64,000 nucleotides of DNA, taken from assembly GCA_048882485.1 (NCBI GenBank), contig JBHLRP010000008.1, positions 1-64,000 of the forward strand. The letters are read 5' to 3'. Made by a program: the position numbers and the translations under genes. The DNA comes from Candidatus Thorarchaeota archaeon (lineage in GTDB: Archaea > Asgardarchaeota > Thorarchaeia > Thorarchaeales > Thorarchaeaceae). Below, piece after piece: positions 39,444-48,856 of the stretch. Under the pieces are notes generated by a model. That model was not told where the DNA came from. It did not search any database and saw only the letters and a program-made list of their open reading frames with translations. Each line of letters begins with the position of its first letter. The stretch's first letter is position 1.

Positions 39444-40022
39444 CTATCCCATCAACAGGGCTAATGTTTCAGCCATATCATGCTCACTCCAGAGACCTAC
39501 ATGATACCATCTTAGATATCCCTCATTATCAATAATCACAATGGAAGGGATGTATTGGACATTGAGGTAGTTGCTAAAGACACTCTGAGTATCAAGACCA
39601 TGTGGCCAGGGGAGGTCCTTGTCTTCCATGTAGGCTGCCATCATGGCTTCGGTTTCACTAGTATCAACGGTGAGGGATAGCAAATAGATGCTGTCACCCA
39701 TGTTGTTGTACAGGGTTTCCAAATCCCCATTCTGAATCGCGCAAGAGCTGCACCACGTAGCCATAAGATCGATGACCACGAAGCGGTTTCGTAGCGAATG
39801 AAGTGACACAATGCTTTCATCGGACATAACGAGGTTCCAATCAGGCAATTGTATTCCCCGATTTCTTAGGTCAACATCCTGTGCAATGTTGTCTGTGGTT
39901 GTGTTCGTGTGCCCATTATTGTTGGAGCCTCCATCAAATGTAAGGAACGTTAAACCAACAGCAAATCCAACAACAACAATGCACGCAACGGCTATGACTA
40001 AAAGTGCCTTCTCTGGTTGCAT
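39444..40022 (-). CDS. Membrane-anchored TlpA-like thioredoxin
   Basis: N-terminal TM, ATWCSSC, IPSIVIIDNEG. Confidence 0.88.
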   Translation of the reverse strand: MQPEKALLVIAVACIVVVGFAVGLTFLTFDGGSNNNGHTNTTTDNIAQDVDLRNRGIQLPDWNLVMSDESIVSLHSLRNRFVVIDLMATWCSSCAIQNGDLETLYNNMGDSIYLLSLTVDTSETEAMMAAYMEDKDLPWPHGLDTQSVFSNYLNVQYIPSIVIIDNEGYLRWYHVGLWSEHDMAETLALLMG

Positions 40023-40163
40023 TTTGTAACCTCAACAGAGTCCGGACGTGCATACTTATCGCACACTGTTAATAAGAATTGGGAAGTAGACAAAGTCTTG
40101 AAGGTGAAAGTGCACGCCACAGATATCCTTAGATATTCTAGAACTCATCTCCTCCTGAGCAAA

Positions 40164-41111
40164 ATGGCAGAAGGAAAAAGAAGGTTCATACCTGCATTCA
40201 TTTTCACAATTGCTGGCATTGCTGCAGCGGTATATGCGGTCGTCAGGGTCACTGGGATAATCGGTGGTCCATTGGCATCAACTGACCTCGTTCGACAGAT
40301 AGACGGTGGATTTGCAATTGATACGATTACTGTCATGGCCATTGTGCTACCAATCTATTTCATAGAGTTCATCTTGCTTTCTGTTCCATTTGCTGCTATC
40401 ATGATGCTTATGAACAGGCTCTATCGCGCGAAATCCTACACCCAGAGTGTAATACCTGTTGGAAATAGATTCGGAGCCGTGCGCATCATTCGAAGAGCTC
40501 TAGTGCCTTCACTATTTGCATTGTCATTCAGTGAAATCATGATCCAAATATTCCCTGATACAATCTTGGCCGTTCCAGTATATCCTGCGGAAGTTGCCTA
40601 TACTGGTGTTGTACGCCTAACTGAACCACTAATCTGGCTTCTAGGAGCTCTGATTGCCGTGGTACTTGCGGTTCCGCTGTATTCACCAACCTGGATTCTC
40701 AATGACTCTGGTATTGTGACTCATTTGAAGAGGAATGAATTAGAGATTAGGAGATGCCCAGATACGGAGGGCGTGGGCAAATGGTTCGGTCAGTATCTAA
40801 CTGGATTTGCAATTTTCTCCTACCCAGTTGCGATTGCTAGCAAGTTCATTATAGCTCTGCCGCGACTCATTCTTGAACGTGGAGGAACAATAGGTTTGGA
40901 CTATATCTTTGAAAGCCTTGTCTGGATAGCTGGTTTGCCTCTTATCGTGATGGCATTCATTCTGCCTGTGATTATTGTGAGCGAATTCGCTCTCCCCAAA
41001 ACGTCATCCATCATACAAAGGGTTGCACGAAGTTTCGGTGCGGAAGACCTCAGACTTGAGGACGTAGAGCCGGTTCTAAATCGGGATGATACTGGGTATT
41101 CAGTGCAGTAG
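40164..41111 (+). CDS. Hypothetical polytopic membrane protein
   Basis: About 6 TM helices, WILNDSGI motif. Start at ATG 40164. Confidence 0.75.
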   Translation: MAEGKRRFIPAFIFTIAGIAAAVYAVVRVTGIIGGPLASTDLVRQIDGGFAIDTITVMAIVLPIYFIEFILLSVPFAAIMMLMNRLYRAKSYTQSVIPVGNRFGAVRIIRRALVPSLFALSFSEIMIQIFPDTILAVPVYPAEVAYTGVVRLTEPLIWLLGALIAVVLAVPLYSPTWILNDSGIVTHLKRNELEIRRCPDTEGVGKWFGQYLTGFAIFSYPVAIASKFIIALPRLILERGGTIGLDYIFESLVWIAGLPLIVMAFILPVIIVSEFALPKTSSIIQRVARSFGAEDLRLEDVEPVLNRDDTGYSVQ

Positions 41112-41709
41112 GGCTTGGTTCCCATGGAGTATCGACGAATAGCACCCTATACGGTCGTGATTTGCGATCGATTATGACATGACCTCTCTCTGCTAGCATC
41201 TTGACATACTTCTGGACTTTCCCCTTCTTGATTTCGCTCCTTGCAGTGAGGTCTGCGTATGTCCCTCCTCTGGATTGCTGTATGACACAGAGCAGCTGAT
41301 ACTCGGGTAGATTGAGAACCACCGATCGCAGTGCGTCGTTTTCGCGGAGCATACCCTCCTCATCTGCTGAGAGTAGCCTGGAAACCTTTGCCTTCAACTT
41401 CGAGATTTCAGCCAGGAGCGTGACTCTGTCAGATTCAAAACGAGAGAAGATGCCGCTTGAAGTATGCAGTAATTCGGCACTCAAGTCATTGGCGAGCCCA
41501 TCAATAGCTTCTCTGGACGCTAGCCGTGCCTCTCTCACTAGACCAGTGAGGTCACTAGAGTCAAGCCATTCCCCAGCAATGAGTTTCTCCAATTCAGAAT
41601 AGTAATTCTCCAATCGACGGACCCAGAGATCACGTTTGCCTTGAAGCACACCAGCTATTCTCAGTGTTGATCTTGCCGCAGTATCTTCATGACTACTCAT
41701 GTGGCTCAC
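41050..41709 (-). CDS. Coiled-coil protein with C-terminal winged-helix domain
   Basis: Helical N-terminal region; YQLLCVIQQ..TYADLTARSEIKKGKVQKYVKMLAERGHV. Converges on the neighbouring gene with a 62-nt overlap. Confidence 0.7.
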   Translation of the reverse strand: MSHMSSHEDTAARSTLRIAGVLQGKRDLWVRRLENYYSELEKLIAGEWLDSSDLTGLVREARLASREAIDGLANDLSAELLHTSSGIFSRFESDRVTLLAEISKLKAKVSRLLSADEEGMLRENDALRSVVLNLPEYQLLCVIQQSRGGTYADLTARSEIKKGKVQKYVKMLAERGHVIIDRKSRPYRVLFVDTPWEPSPTALNTQYHPDLEPALRPQV

Positions 41710-41780
41710 TCTAGATTCTACTGCACTGACTGAAAATAGGAGCTAGTGTCACGTGGATATGATGGACTATCATACATGGT

Positions 41781-42470
41781 CTAGATCCAAGTAATGGTGT
41801 CCAGTAATTCTTCGATGGGTCGTGGGAAGTAGTCTTGGTGCCTTAATCTAGAGTCCGCAGCAAGTTCAGTGCCTTCATCGAAGACCAGATGCTCAAGCTT
41901 CATCGCTCCAAAGATGGAAGAGATGTTCAATGTATTGAAGTGATTGCCATTCAAAAGCAGATATCGCAAGTCTGTGAATCTTGCAAGTGGTGATAGGTCT
42001 AGCCGCGCTAGGTTGTTGTTAGCTAGAACCAAGTACTGCAGACGGGTGCATCTGACTAAGGGCATGAGATTCACTTCACTTAGCTGGTTGTTTGAAAGGT
42101 AGAGCCACTTGATGCCTCTTAAATCCGCAAGAGGTGAAAGGTCGATAGTGCTCAGCTTATTCTGTGACAAGTCAAGAGCTTGTAGCTTAGATGATCGGCT
42201 AAGAGGAGAAAGATCGATTGTCCCAATCTGATTGTCGCTTAGAATCAGCATCCTCATGTTGGCACATTCATACAAAGGACCAAGATCAACTTCTGATATG
42301 GCATTGGACTTCAAGTTCACAGTTTCCAAGTCCCTTAGCGAGGCTAGTGGGACCAAGTTTATACTGGCTATATTCATGCCTTTCAGGTCGAGGTCAGTGA
42401 CATAGATGTCTTTGTCTGTTTGAAGTTGCTCGCCTACCTCTGTGGTAAATCTAATTACGACCCTACCCAG
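41781..42470 (-). CDS. Leucine-rich-repeat protein
   Basis: ~24-aa repeats LxxLxLxxNxLxxIDLSPL. Frame is open upstream of ATG 42377 to a probable CTG start at 42470 behind GAGGAG. Confidence 0.88.
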   Translation of the reverse strand: MGRVVIRFTTEVGEQLQTDKDIYVTDLDLKGMNIASINLVPLASLRDLETVNLKSNAISEVDLGPLYECANMRMLILSDNQIGTIDLSPLSRSSKLQALDLSQNKLSTIDLSPLADLRGIKWLYLSNNQLSEVNLMPLVRCTRLQYLVLANNNLARLDLSPLARFTDLRYLLLNGNHFNTLNISSIFGAMKLEHLVFDEGTELAADSRLRHQDYFPRPIEELLDTITWI

Positions 42471-42638
42471 TTCTACCGACTCCTCTCTCAGGCTGATTTT
42501 TACAATACAAATTGCCTCATGACTTTTACGCTATTCGCGTGCCGCACATATTTCCATTTGTGCATCGATGTAAAAAGGTTCTGGGAAGTGCAAAATAAAA
42601 CCAAATCATGCCATTTGTATGGAGCGGAATGTTCGCTC

Positions 42639-43196
42639 CTAGTACTTAACAATACGAGTTTTCTCGACATGTGCCCATGGAATCGAATCTGGTGTTGTGC
42701 TCTTTATTCGATTCACAAGTTCTAGCATCCCTTCTGGGTTATGAATGTCACCAAACTCCATTGTAGCTTCCTCCTCCTCGTCCTTTGTATATATTCTGAG
42801 GGCGCCGAGATTTATCACCCTAGAATGAGGTGGGGTATGAATCTCGAACCTGTCAATCTCATCATAGAAGACTCGAGTTGTCATTCTATTATACGAGCCT
42901 TTCATCACACGCAGATTCCATGTTGTGACAACATAGACAGTGTATCTTTTCTTGTATTCCCCAATGCCCCATAGCAGCAGAGCGAAGAGCATTCCTCCCA
43001 TGCCCAACCACCACGCAAGCTCATCATAAGCAACGACTCCCGCAGCTACTGATATCATGAAGAGCCACCCTATAACGAAAAACACGGCACCGAGAACATA
43101 CAGGTACAAGAATCCTGTTCGTGCGGGATGAAATGTCGCCAGAAGTTTCTCGCGGTTCTCCTGCGGAATGCTTAGCTGCTCGGTCATGGGAATCAC
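42639..43196 (-). CDS. Two-TM protein with bacterial PH-like (bPH_2/DUF304) domain
   Basis: 2 TM then YVVTTWNLRVMKG..R.INLGALRIYT..F.DIHNP. Confidence 0.75.
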   Translation of the reverse strand: MIPMTEQLSIPQENREKLLATFHPARTGFLYLYVLGAVFFVIGWLFMISVAAGVVAYDELAWWLGMGGMLFALLLWGIGEYKKRYTVYVVTTWNLRVMKGSYNRMTTRVFYDEIDRFEIHTPPHSRVINLGALRIYTKDEEEEATMEFGDIHNPEGMLELVNRIKSTTPDSIPWAHVEKTRIVKY

Positions 43197-43240
43197 GGAA
43201 GGTGACCATCATATCGGTCTTATCAAGTTGTCGCGGGCGA

Positions 43241-43879
43241 TCATCTAGGAATTATCGATCCCTCTTCGGGAATGATACATTTTCCATCAGGAAATTCATA
43301 TTGGAATTGCCTACAGAACGATTTTGGCCTCCTAAAGAGCCAATGCATGGGAACGACAGTTGGGAGAGGAGTATTGAACTTGGCCAGTTGCTCAATAGCA
43401 GAATTTGGGGAGGTAGCGACAAGGCCACTAATTGGAAGTGCGAAGAGGTCCAGATCCTTGTCGCCAAATCGCTCCAGGTTGACTGAATCTCCGCAGTGAC
43501 CAAAGGCGAATCCATTTGATTTAGCAATGACTCCATAGACTACAATCCCTCCAAAGAAACCATGTTCACATTCTACGAATTCGAGAGTGAATTCATCGAA
43601 GTTTAGCTTCTCGCCCAGCTTTGCTTCGACAGCCCTCTCTCTCCATTTTCCCAACGCATCTATCACCTGTCCATTTCCAATTAGTAATGCCTCAGGATTT
43701 CGCTCAAGGAAAATGCCTACTCCTCTTGTATGATCAAGGTGTTTGTGAGTACAATAGACAACATCGCCATCAAGATCTCCTGATTTCTTGTTTGACGGAT
43801 CAATTAGAAGGCTCTTAGTCCCAAACCTAATGTGAAATCCCGATTGCCCCAGGAATTTGATTTCTGGCCATTTTGACAT
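43241..43879 (-). CDS. MBL-fold metallo-hydrolase
   Basis: FLGQSGF, LIDP, THKHLDH, HCGDS and VPMHW motifs. Confidence 0.9.
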   Translation of the reverse strand: MSKWPEIKFLGQSGFHIRFGTKSLLIDPSNKKSGDLDGDVVYCTHKHLDHTRGVGIFLERNPEALLIGNGQVIDALGKWRERAVEAKLGEKLNFDEFTLEFVECEHGFFGGIVVYGVIAKSNGFAFGHCGDSVNLERFGDKDLDLFALPISGLVATSPNSAIEQLAKFNTPLPTVVPMHWLFRRPKSFCRQFQYEFPDGKCIIPEEGSIIPR

Positions 43880-43948
43880 ATTTGACACCAATGCACAATG
43901 CTTCAGATGATTGACATGCGCTCAGCTTTATATTCATTCAGGAGAATC

Positions 43949-43995
43949 ATACCCCGAGTCTGAGACTTTGAATCCCTCAGACTCCCTCGGGGTGT
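43949..43995 (+). promoter_or_regulatory. 5'-leader hairpin of the NfeD-like gene
   Basis: ACCCCGAG/CTCGGGGT and GAGTCTGAG/CTCAGACTC arms between TATA-like TTTATATT (43927) and ATG 44006. Confidence 0.5.
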
Positions 43996-44005
43996 ATTAG
44001 CGAGC

Positions 44006-44941
44006 ATGCAGGATGTCGTGGTAATTGCGGCTTTACTTAGGGAGATATCATTTGGAATACTTCTCGTTGGACTGTTCTATACATTTGGAATGTTTCTGAT
44101 TGGTAGACTAGTTTCAGCAATAGGGGAGCATGGCACAGATCATGATGTCGAGAAGGAGGTTGACCATGATGTGGAACATGACGTCGACCATGGTGAGATA
44201 GAACATGAGGTGGACCATGAATATGATATGGATCATGGAGACATCGATCATAGTATTGAACATGAATATGAGGCGGACCACGAGCTAGATGCTGGTTACG
44301 AACACGAGATTGGGCATGAATTGGAAAAGGAAATTGATCATAGTATTGACTATGATGTTGACCACGATGTGGACCATGATGTGGATGTTGACCATGACGT
44401 GGAGAAAGAATGGGATCAAGAGGTTGATATCGACCATGAACTGGATGTGGAGAAGCAATCAGGTTTCTTCGAGAGCGATAGAGGGGCACCTCTTGGTGTG
44501 ACGATCGGAACTACATTGCTAAGTTTTGGCTTCTTTGGTTCTATCATCTACTACGATGGGATTGTGATTCCATTTGCAGGTAAGTTCCTTCTTCATTTTC
44601 TTGGAGCTGCTTTAGTGGTGTACGCAGTTAGAACAGTTCTTGGAAAAGTGTTTGTTGAGTCTGGATTCATGATAGAGCCGCGTCATCTTGTAGGCAGGCA
44701 TGTTGAAGCAGTTTCAACTATCAGTGACTATTTTGGCGAAGTGCGAACTGACACTGAAATGGGCCTGAGACGGTTTCATGCGCGTCCCTTTCAGAAAGGT
44801 GTTGCTTTTGAGAGAGGTACTGACCTCTATGTGGTGTCCGCGAACGAGAAGTTTGTCTATGTGGATCCGCGAAAAGAAGCCCTGAAGTGGAGTCATAGGC
44901 AAAGCCAGAAACGCCGTGAAACTGAAAAAGAAGAAGCCTAG
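44006..44941 (+). CDS. NfeD/YqiJ-like membrane protein with His/Asp/Glu-rich repeat loop
   Basis: TM, (D/E)H repeats, LLSFGFFG TMs, and C-terminal OB-like LVGRHVEAVSTI..GEV domain; lies upstream of a flotillin. Confidence 0.8.
   Translation: MQDVVVIAALLREISFGILLVGLFYTFGMFLIGRLVSAIGEHGTDHDVEKEVDHDVEHDVDHGEIEHEVDHEYDMDHGDIDHSIEHEYEADHELDAGYEHEIGHELEKEIDHSIDYDVDHDVDHDVDVDHDVEKEWDQEVDIDHELDVEKQSGFFESDRGAPLGVTIGTTLLSFGFFGSIIYYDGIVIPFAGKFLLHFLGAALVVYAVRTVLGKVFVESGFMIEPRHLVGRHVEAVSTISDYFGEVRTDTEMGLRRFHARPFQKGVAFERGTDLYVVSANEKFVYVDPRKEALKWSHRQSQKRRETEKEEA
44126..44455 (+). repeat. Intragenic DHDV/EHE-type repeat (110 aa, 18 His)
   Basis: Recurrent GACCATGA/GATCAT units encoding DHDV, EHEV, DHSI. 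Confidence 0.9.
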
Positions 44942-45213
44942 AAGGCATTTCTGTGCGCAGGTTTATATCAAGAGAAATCGATAGTCACACAGGTGCGTCT
45001 GACCTCAGTGAACTACCATCTGAGAGATGATTCAACAGGAGATTCGAAGGCAAGGACTGAATCCACGAGGGCCAAGTCTGACTCAGAGAGTCTGCATGTG
45101 ATGGATGCAGGGGCCAAGGCAATGACTTGGAAACTGAAAATGCATATTCAGAGGACAATAGGTCAACTGAGGAGGAGTACTTGAAAACACAATTGTGTGA
45201 GTAGAAAGAAAAA

Positions 45214-46533
45214 ATGCAAGCAGGAATACTTGATTGGTTAGCAGCAAACCCAGCTCTTGCCATCGCACTGTTTGGCATTCTGGGAATACTTTTGCTATCC
45301 TTCTACATAGTGAAGTATGTCAGGATCTTTGATCCAAACATTTTCTATGTACATCTTAGGAAGGGTAAGGCAATTAAGCAAGGAGAGGGCGGCATGGTAA
45401 TTCGAATTCCATTCTTGGATAGAATACTTGCCGTGGATAGAACCGTCCAGCAGCTCAATATCTCTGCTGAGTCTGTGCTCTCAAAGGAGAAGCAGAAGAT
45501 TCGATTGAGTGCTGTACTTCAATGGCAGGCAGAGAATGCTATCGCCACGATAAACAATGTGAAATGGGGAGAGATACCTCCTCGGCTTACAGCTATCATT
45601 GAATCGGTCATCCGTACCTCTTGTGCCCAATTGGAGGTCGAGAGTATTCTCGAGGAACGTCAGCTGATCATCGAGGCAATCAAGAAGGAACTGACTGACA
45701 TCGTCAGTGAGTGGGGGCTCAAAATCGTAACAGTCGAATTAGTAGACGTAGTAGTGGTTAACGAGTTATTTCTCCAAGACATGTCAAAACCCAGAGAAGC
45801 AGAAATGCATAGGCTTGCTCAGATTGCCCAAATCGAGGCAGAGCAAGAAACAGGTGTCAAAGACATCGAGAGATCAAGGATGCTAAGGCAGAAGGAAATC
45901 GAACGCGATCAGCAAATTGGCGTGCAGGAGCAAGCCCAGCTCAGAGCTATTCAAGAATCAGAGAAGCAACGTGAACAAAGCGTTCTCGAGATAGAGCTTC
46001 AGAAAGATCTCATGCAGAAACGATACGAAAAGCAGCAGGCTGAGGTCGAAGCCGCCAAGGATCTAGAAGTTGCTAAGTTTGCTGCTGAAGCTGAGAAGCA
46101 GAAGAAGATAAAGCAGGAGGTTGAAGTACAAGCTCAGAGGATTCTGCAAGAAGCGAAGGCTGATGCAGAGAAGATCAGCATGGTAGCTTCAGCTGATGCT
46201 GAGAAGATCCTAAAAGTCACAAGCGCTGAAGCTGAGGGTATCAAAAAGACTCTAGCCGCTGCGAAGGACTATACGCCACAGGCGTTTGCGAGAGACTTTC
46301 TCCAGATTCTTCCCCGGATTTATGAGCAGATAGACATTGGCGACATCACGCTATTTGGCGGTGGAAGCGGTAATGGTTCAGATGCTGGAGAGGAAGGAGG
46401 AGGCGCCGGTGCATTCCAGATATTCGGAAATGTGCTTCTTCCCATGATGCTAATGGCTAGAATGATGGGCTTTGATTTCCAGGGCTTGATGAAGGACTCG
46501 CTTGGGAGCATGGCGGTCGAAAAAGCTGCTTAA
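45214..46533 (+). CDS. SPFH/flotillin-family protein
   Basis: N-terminal TM, SPFH domain (RIPFLDR, WGLKI), AEA/EAE coiled-coil flotillin repeats. Confidence 0.9.
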   Translation: MQAGILDWLAANPALAIALFGILGILLLSFYIVKYVRIFDPNIFYVHLRKGKAIKQGEGGMVIRIPFLDRILAVDRTVQQLNISAESVLSKEKQKIRLSAVLQWQAENAIATINNVKWGEIPPRLTAIIESVIRTSCAQLEVESILEERQLIIEAIKKELTDIVSEWGLKIVTVELVDVVVVNELFLQDMSKPREAEMHRLAQIAQIEAEQETGVKDIERSRMLRQKEIERDQQIGVQEQAQLRAIQESEKQREQSVLEIELQKDLMQKRYEKQQAEVEAAKDLEVAKFAAEAEKQKKIKQEVEVQAQRILQEAKADAEKISMVASADAEKILKVTSAEAEGIKKTLAAAKDYTPQAFARDFLQILPRIYEQIDIGDITLFGGGSGNGSDAGEEGGGAGAFQIFGNVLLPMMLMARMMGFDFQGLMKDSLGSMAVEKAA

Positions 46534-46548
46534 CACATAGATTCCAAA

Positions 46549-46579
46549 GCCTGGGGATGGATAAAATCCCTCTCCAGGC
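46549..46579. terminator. Hairpin between convergent genes
   Basis: GCCTGG..GGAT-aaa-ATCC..CCAGGC. Confidence 0.5.
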
Positions 46580-46605
46580 CACTCTTTTGCGAGATGGTCC
46601 AACCA

Positions 46606-48396
46606 CTAGAAACCTTTGTAACAAGGCTTGCTCAGCATTTGAAGAAGTTCCTTTCTCAGATTCTGCTCCTGAATGAATCCATTCAATTCTATGTCACAGA
46701 GTTTTATTGTAGGCAATACGGGCATCTCATCTTCAGGCAATTCTACACTAGGATCATCAACATTGATTGATTCTATTATTGAGCTAGCAATGCTGAGTTC
46801 TTCCATGAGTCGTAGCAACAGGTCGTAGACAGGTTCGCACCAGAAGCAGTGAGTCGACTTATAGAAGGTGATGCATTTCTTGCCACCGCAAGGCAACTCA
46901 GTTTCATCGGTCCACGCTGGGAAGACACAGACAAACTTGGCTCCCTGTGACGGGTCTCCTTCAACGCGATCCTCAACCCAAATCTGCCCATTGAGACTTC
47001 TTACAATATTGTCAGCCAGCGTAAGTCCAAGGCCTCTCCCAACCACTTGAGCATCAGGATGCCCGCTCCTCTTGAAGATGAACTCCTTTAGAGGATCTAG
47101 AATGCCGGGACCGTAGTCAGCGAACTCTATGCGTACAAGCCGTGAGTCAATAATTTGGGCAATGATGTCTATCTCCACCAAGTCCCTCTCATCATACATT
47201 GCAGAATTGTGGATTATGTTGAATAGAACTTGCGAGAGGTACTGATGGCCTGGTATGTGGAACTTCCCCTCAGTGATATTCGTATTAACCTTCAATTCCT
47301 TCCAATGGAAGTCTATTCTTACTGATTCGACTGCGGCAACAAGGTGACTATAGATATCTGTCTTCTCTAGACTTGGCGGTTGGTCTCTAAGTGCCATGAT
47401 TGTCCTCATATTAGCAATCATTCTAGCAGATCGTCTGACATTCCAATTCGCCTGTTCCATTTGTGCCTGCAAGCTTCCTGGGATTTCCATCTGTGATTCT
47501 AACAAGCCCATAGCAAACAAGATAGATTGGTTGATGTTGTTGAGGTCGTGAGTAGCAACTTCTAGATAGAGATTCGCCCTCTCCTCTTCCATCCTCTCTC
47601 TTCTTTCTGCAGTCTTTCTTCGATCAATATCAAGGGCCATTAATCCAATTCGACTGGATTTGCCCGGCTTGTCCAAAGGTCCGGCTGTGACACTTACCCA
47701 AATGGGCTTTCCATCAGCCCTCCTCATCATGATCTCTACTCCGTTAACTGCTCCTCCTTGAAGTATCTCATTGAAGACAAGCTTTCCTGCTTGAGCATCA
47801 ATTGGGTCTCCTGGAAGGAAGGTTTCAATATTCCTTCGAATCATCTGTTCTTCTTTATGTCCTAAGAGTCGCATTGCAGCCTGATTGACCTGAAGAATAA
47901 TACCTCTAGGGCTTAGGGTGAAGTAAGCTATTGGTGATGAGTCAAACAGCTGACGATATCGCGATTCAGATTGCTCAATCGCAGCTTCTAGTTTGAGCTG
48001 TTGTGTGATGTCGCGTACAATCCCAACTTTGGCAGGTGCTCCTTGGTAATCAAAGTCTGCAAGACTGATTTCCGCCATCACCGAACGCCCAGTCCTAGTG
48101 ACCAAATGGATTCGATGGCTTGGGGAAATGTCTGACGATATTTCAAAACTCTCAATCTGCTCTTTGAACTGATGAGAAGATGCTGGATTAAGTAGGCTGA
48201 CAAAGTCCTTTCCAAGAAGTTCGCTCTCTTCAAACTCTAGTAGCTTTGAGAATGCTGGATTGACCATTGAAATCAGGTCGTCCTGAATCACCACTATTCC
48301 ATCATTCGCCATCTGGAGGATGCTCTTGTACCTGTCATTTGATTCAATACGTTCCTCAGGCACATGAAACACATCCGGCATGCAGTTAGCGTACAT
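46606..48396 (-). CDS. PAS-PAS sensor histidine kinase with C-terminal thioredoxin-like domain
   Basis: Two PAS/PAC domains, H-box THDLNN, N-box NIIHNS, DYGPGI, GRGLGL; tail FYKSTHCFWC..INVD..LPTI. Start may be 48381. Confidence 0.9.
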   Translation of the reverse strand: MYANCMPDVFHVPEERIESNDRYKSILQMANDGIVVIQDDLISMVNPAFSKLLEFEESELLGKDFVSLLNPASSHQFKEQIESFEISSDISPSHRIHLVTRTGRSVMAEISLADFDYQGAPAKVGIVRDITQQLKLEAAIEQSESRYRQLFDSSPIAYFTLSPRGIILQVNQAAMRLLGHKEEQMIRRNIETFLPGDPIDAQAGKLVFNEILQGGAVNGVEIMMRRADGKPIWVSVTAGPLDKPGKSSRIGLMALDIDRRKTAERRERMEEERANLYLEVATHDLNNINQSILFAMGLLESQMEIPGSLQAQMEQANWNVRRSARMIANMRTIMALRDQPPSLEKTDIYSHLVAAVESVRIDFHWKELKVNTNITEGKFHIPGHQYLSQVLFNIIHNSAMYDERDLVEIDIIAQIIDSRLVRIEFADYGPGILDPLKEFIFKRSGHPDAQVVGRGLGLTLADNIVRSLNGQIWVEDRVEGDPSQGAKFVCVFPAWTDETELPCGGKKCITFYKSTHCFWCEPVYDLLLRLMEELSIASSIIESINVDDPSVELPEDEMPVLPTIKLCDIELNGFIQEQNLRKELLQMLSKPCYKGF

Positions 48397-48498
48397 TCCA
48401 ATGTTCTGTGATACAGTGCAATAGATTTAGCTGATTTGGAACGCTCATAATGTTTGCTGGTCTAGTGTTATCATCATCATTCAAAGGGCCGCATAGAT

Positions 48499-48524
48499 AA
48501 TATTTTAATAGTTATTCAAATGTT
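48499..48524. promoter_or_regulatory. Putative SmtB/CadC-type operator
   Basis: Imperfect inverted repeat AATATTTTAATAG/TTATTCAAATGTT immediately upstream of the ArsR gene. Confidence 0.55.
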
Positions 48525-48532
48525 AAAATGTT

Positions 48533-48856
48533 GTGACTACGGAAGTGAATGACCAAGATGAGGCTGACCTAGACCAGATAGACGCGCAGAATATATCGCG
48601 GTTGTTCAGCGCACTTAATGATGAGTCAAGGGTTAGAATAGTCAACCTGCTAATGCGGGAAGAGAAGATCTTTGTTTCTGAGATTGCAAAAAGGACAGGC
48701 CAGCATATCAGTAGCGTGAGTCACCATCTGCGAATTCTCAAAGACCTTGGCTTTGTTAGACATGAGCGTGACGGAAAGCATGTCTATCACATGCTCGACG
48801 ACGACTGCATCAGAGACATCATGGAGAGAGCGATAGAACATGTTGCTGGAAAGTGA
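48533..48856 (+). CDS. ArsR/SmtB-family metal-sensing repressor
   Basis: FSALNDESRVRI, VSHHLRILK, RDGKHVY; alpha5 DDC..EH. Confidence 0.92.
   Translation: MTTEVNDQDEADLDQIDAQNISRLFSALNDESRVRIVNLLMREEKIFVSEIAKRTGQHISSVSHHLRILKDLGFVRHERDGKHVYHMLDDDCIRDIMERAIEHVAGK

Noticed and set aside
44126-44455. Repeats as a CRISPR array or VNTR
   Set aside because: Degenerate in-frame codon-level repeats with no constant repeat/unique spacer structure.
44993-45184. 63-aa ORF between the NfeD-like gene and flotillin
   Set aside because: No recognisable features; the region is better explained as a structured leader.
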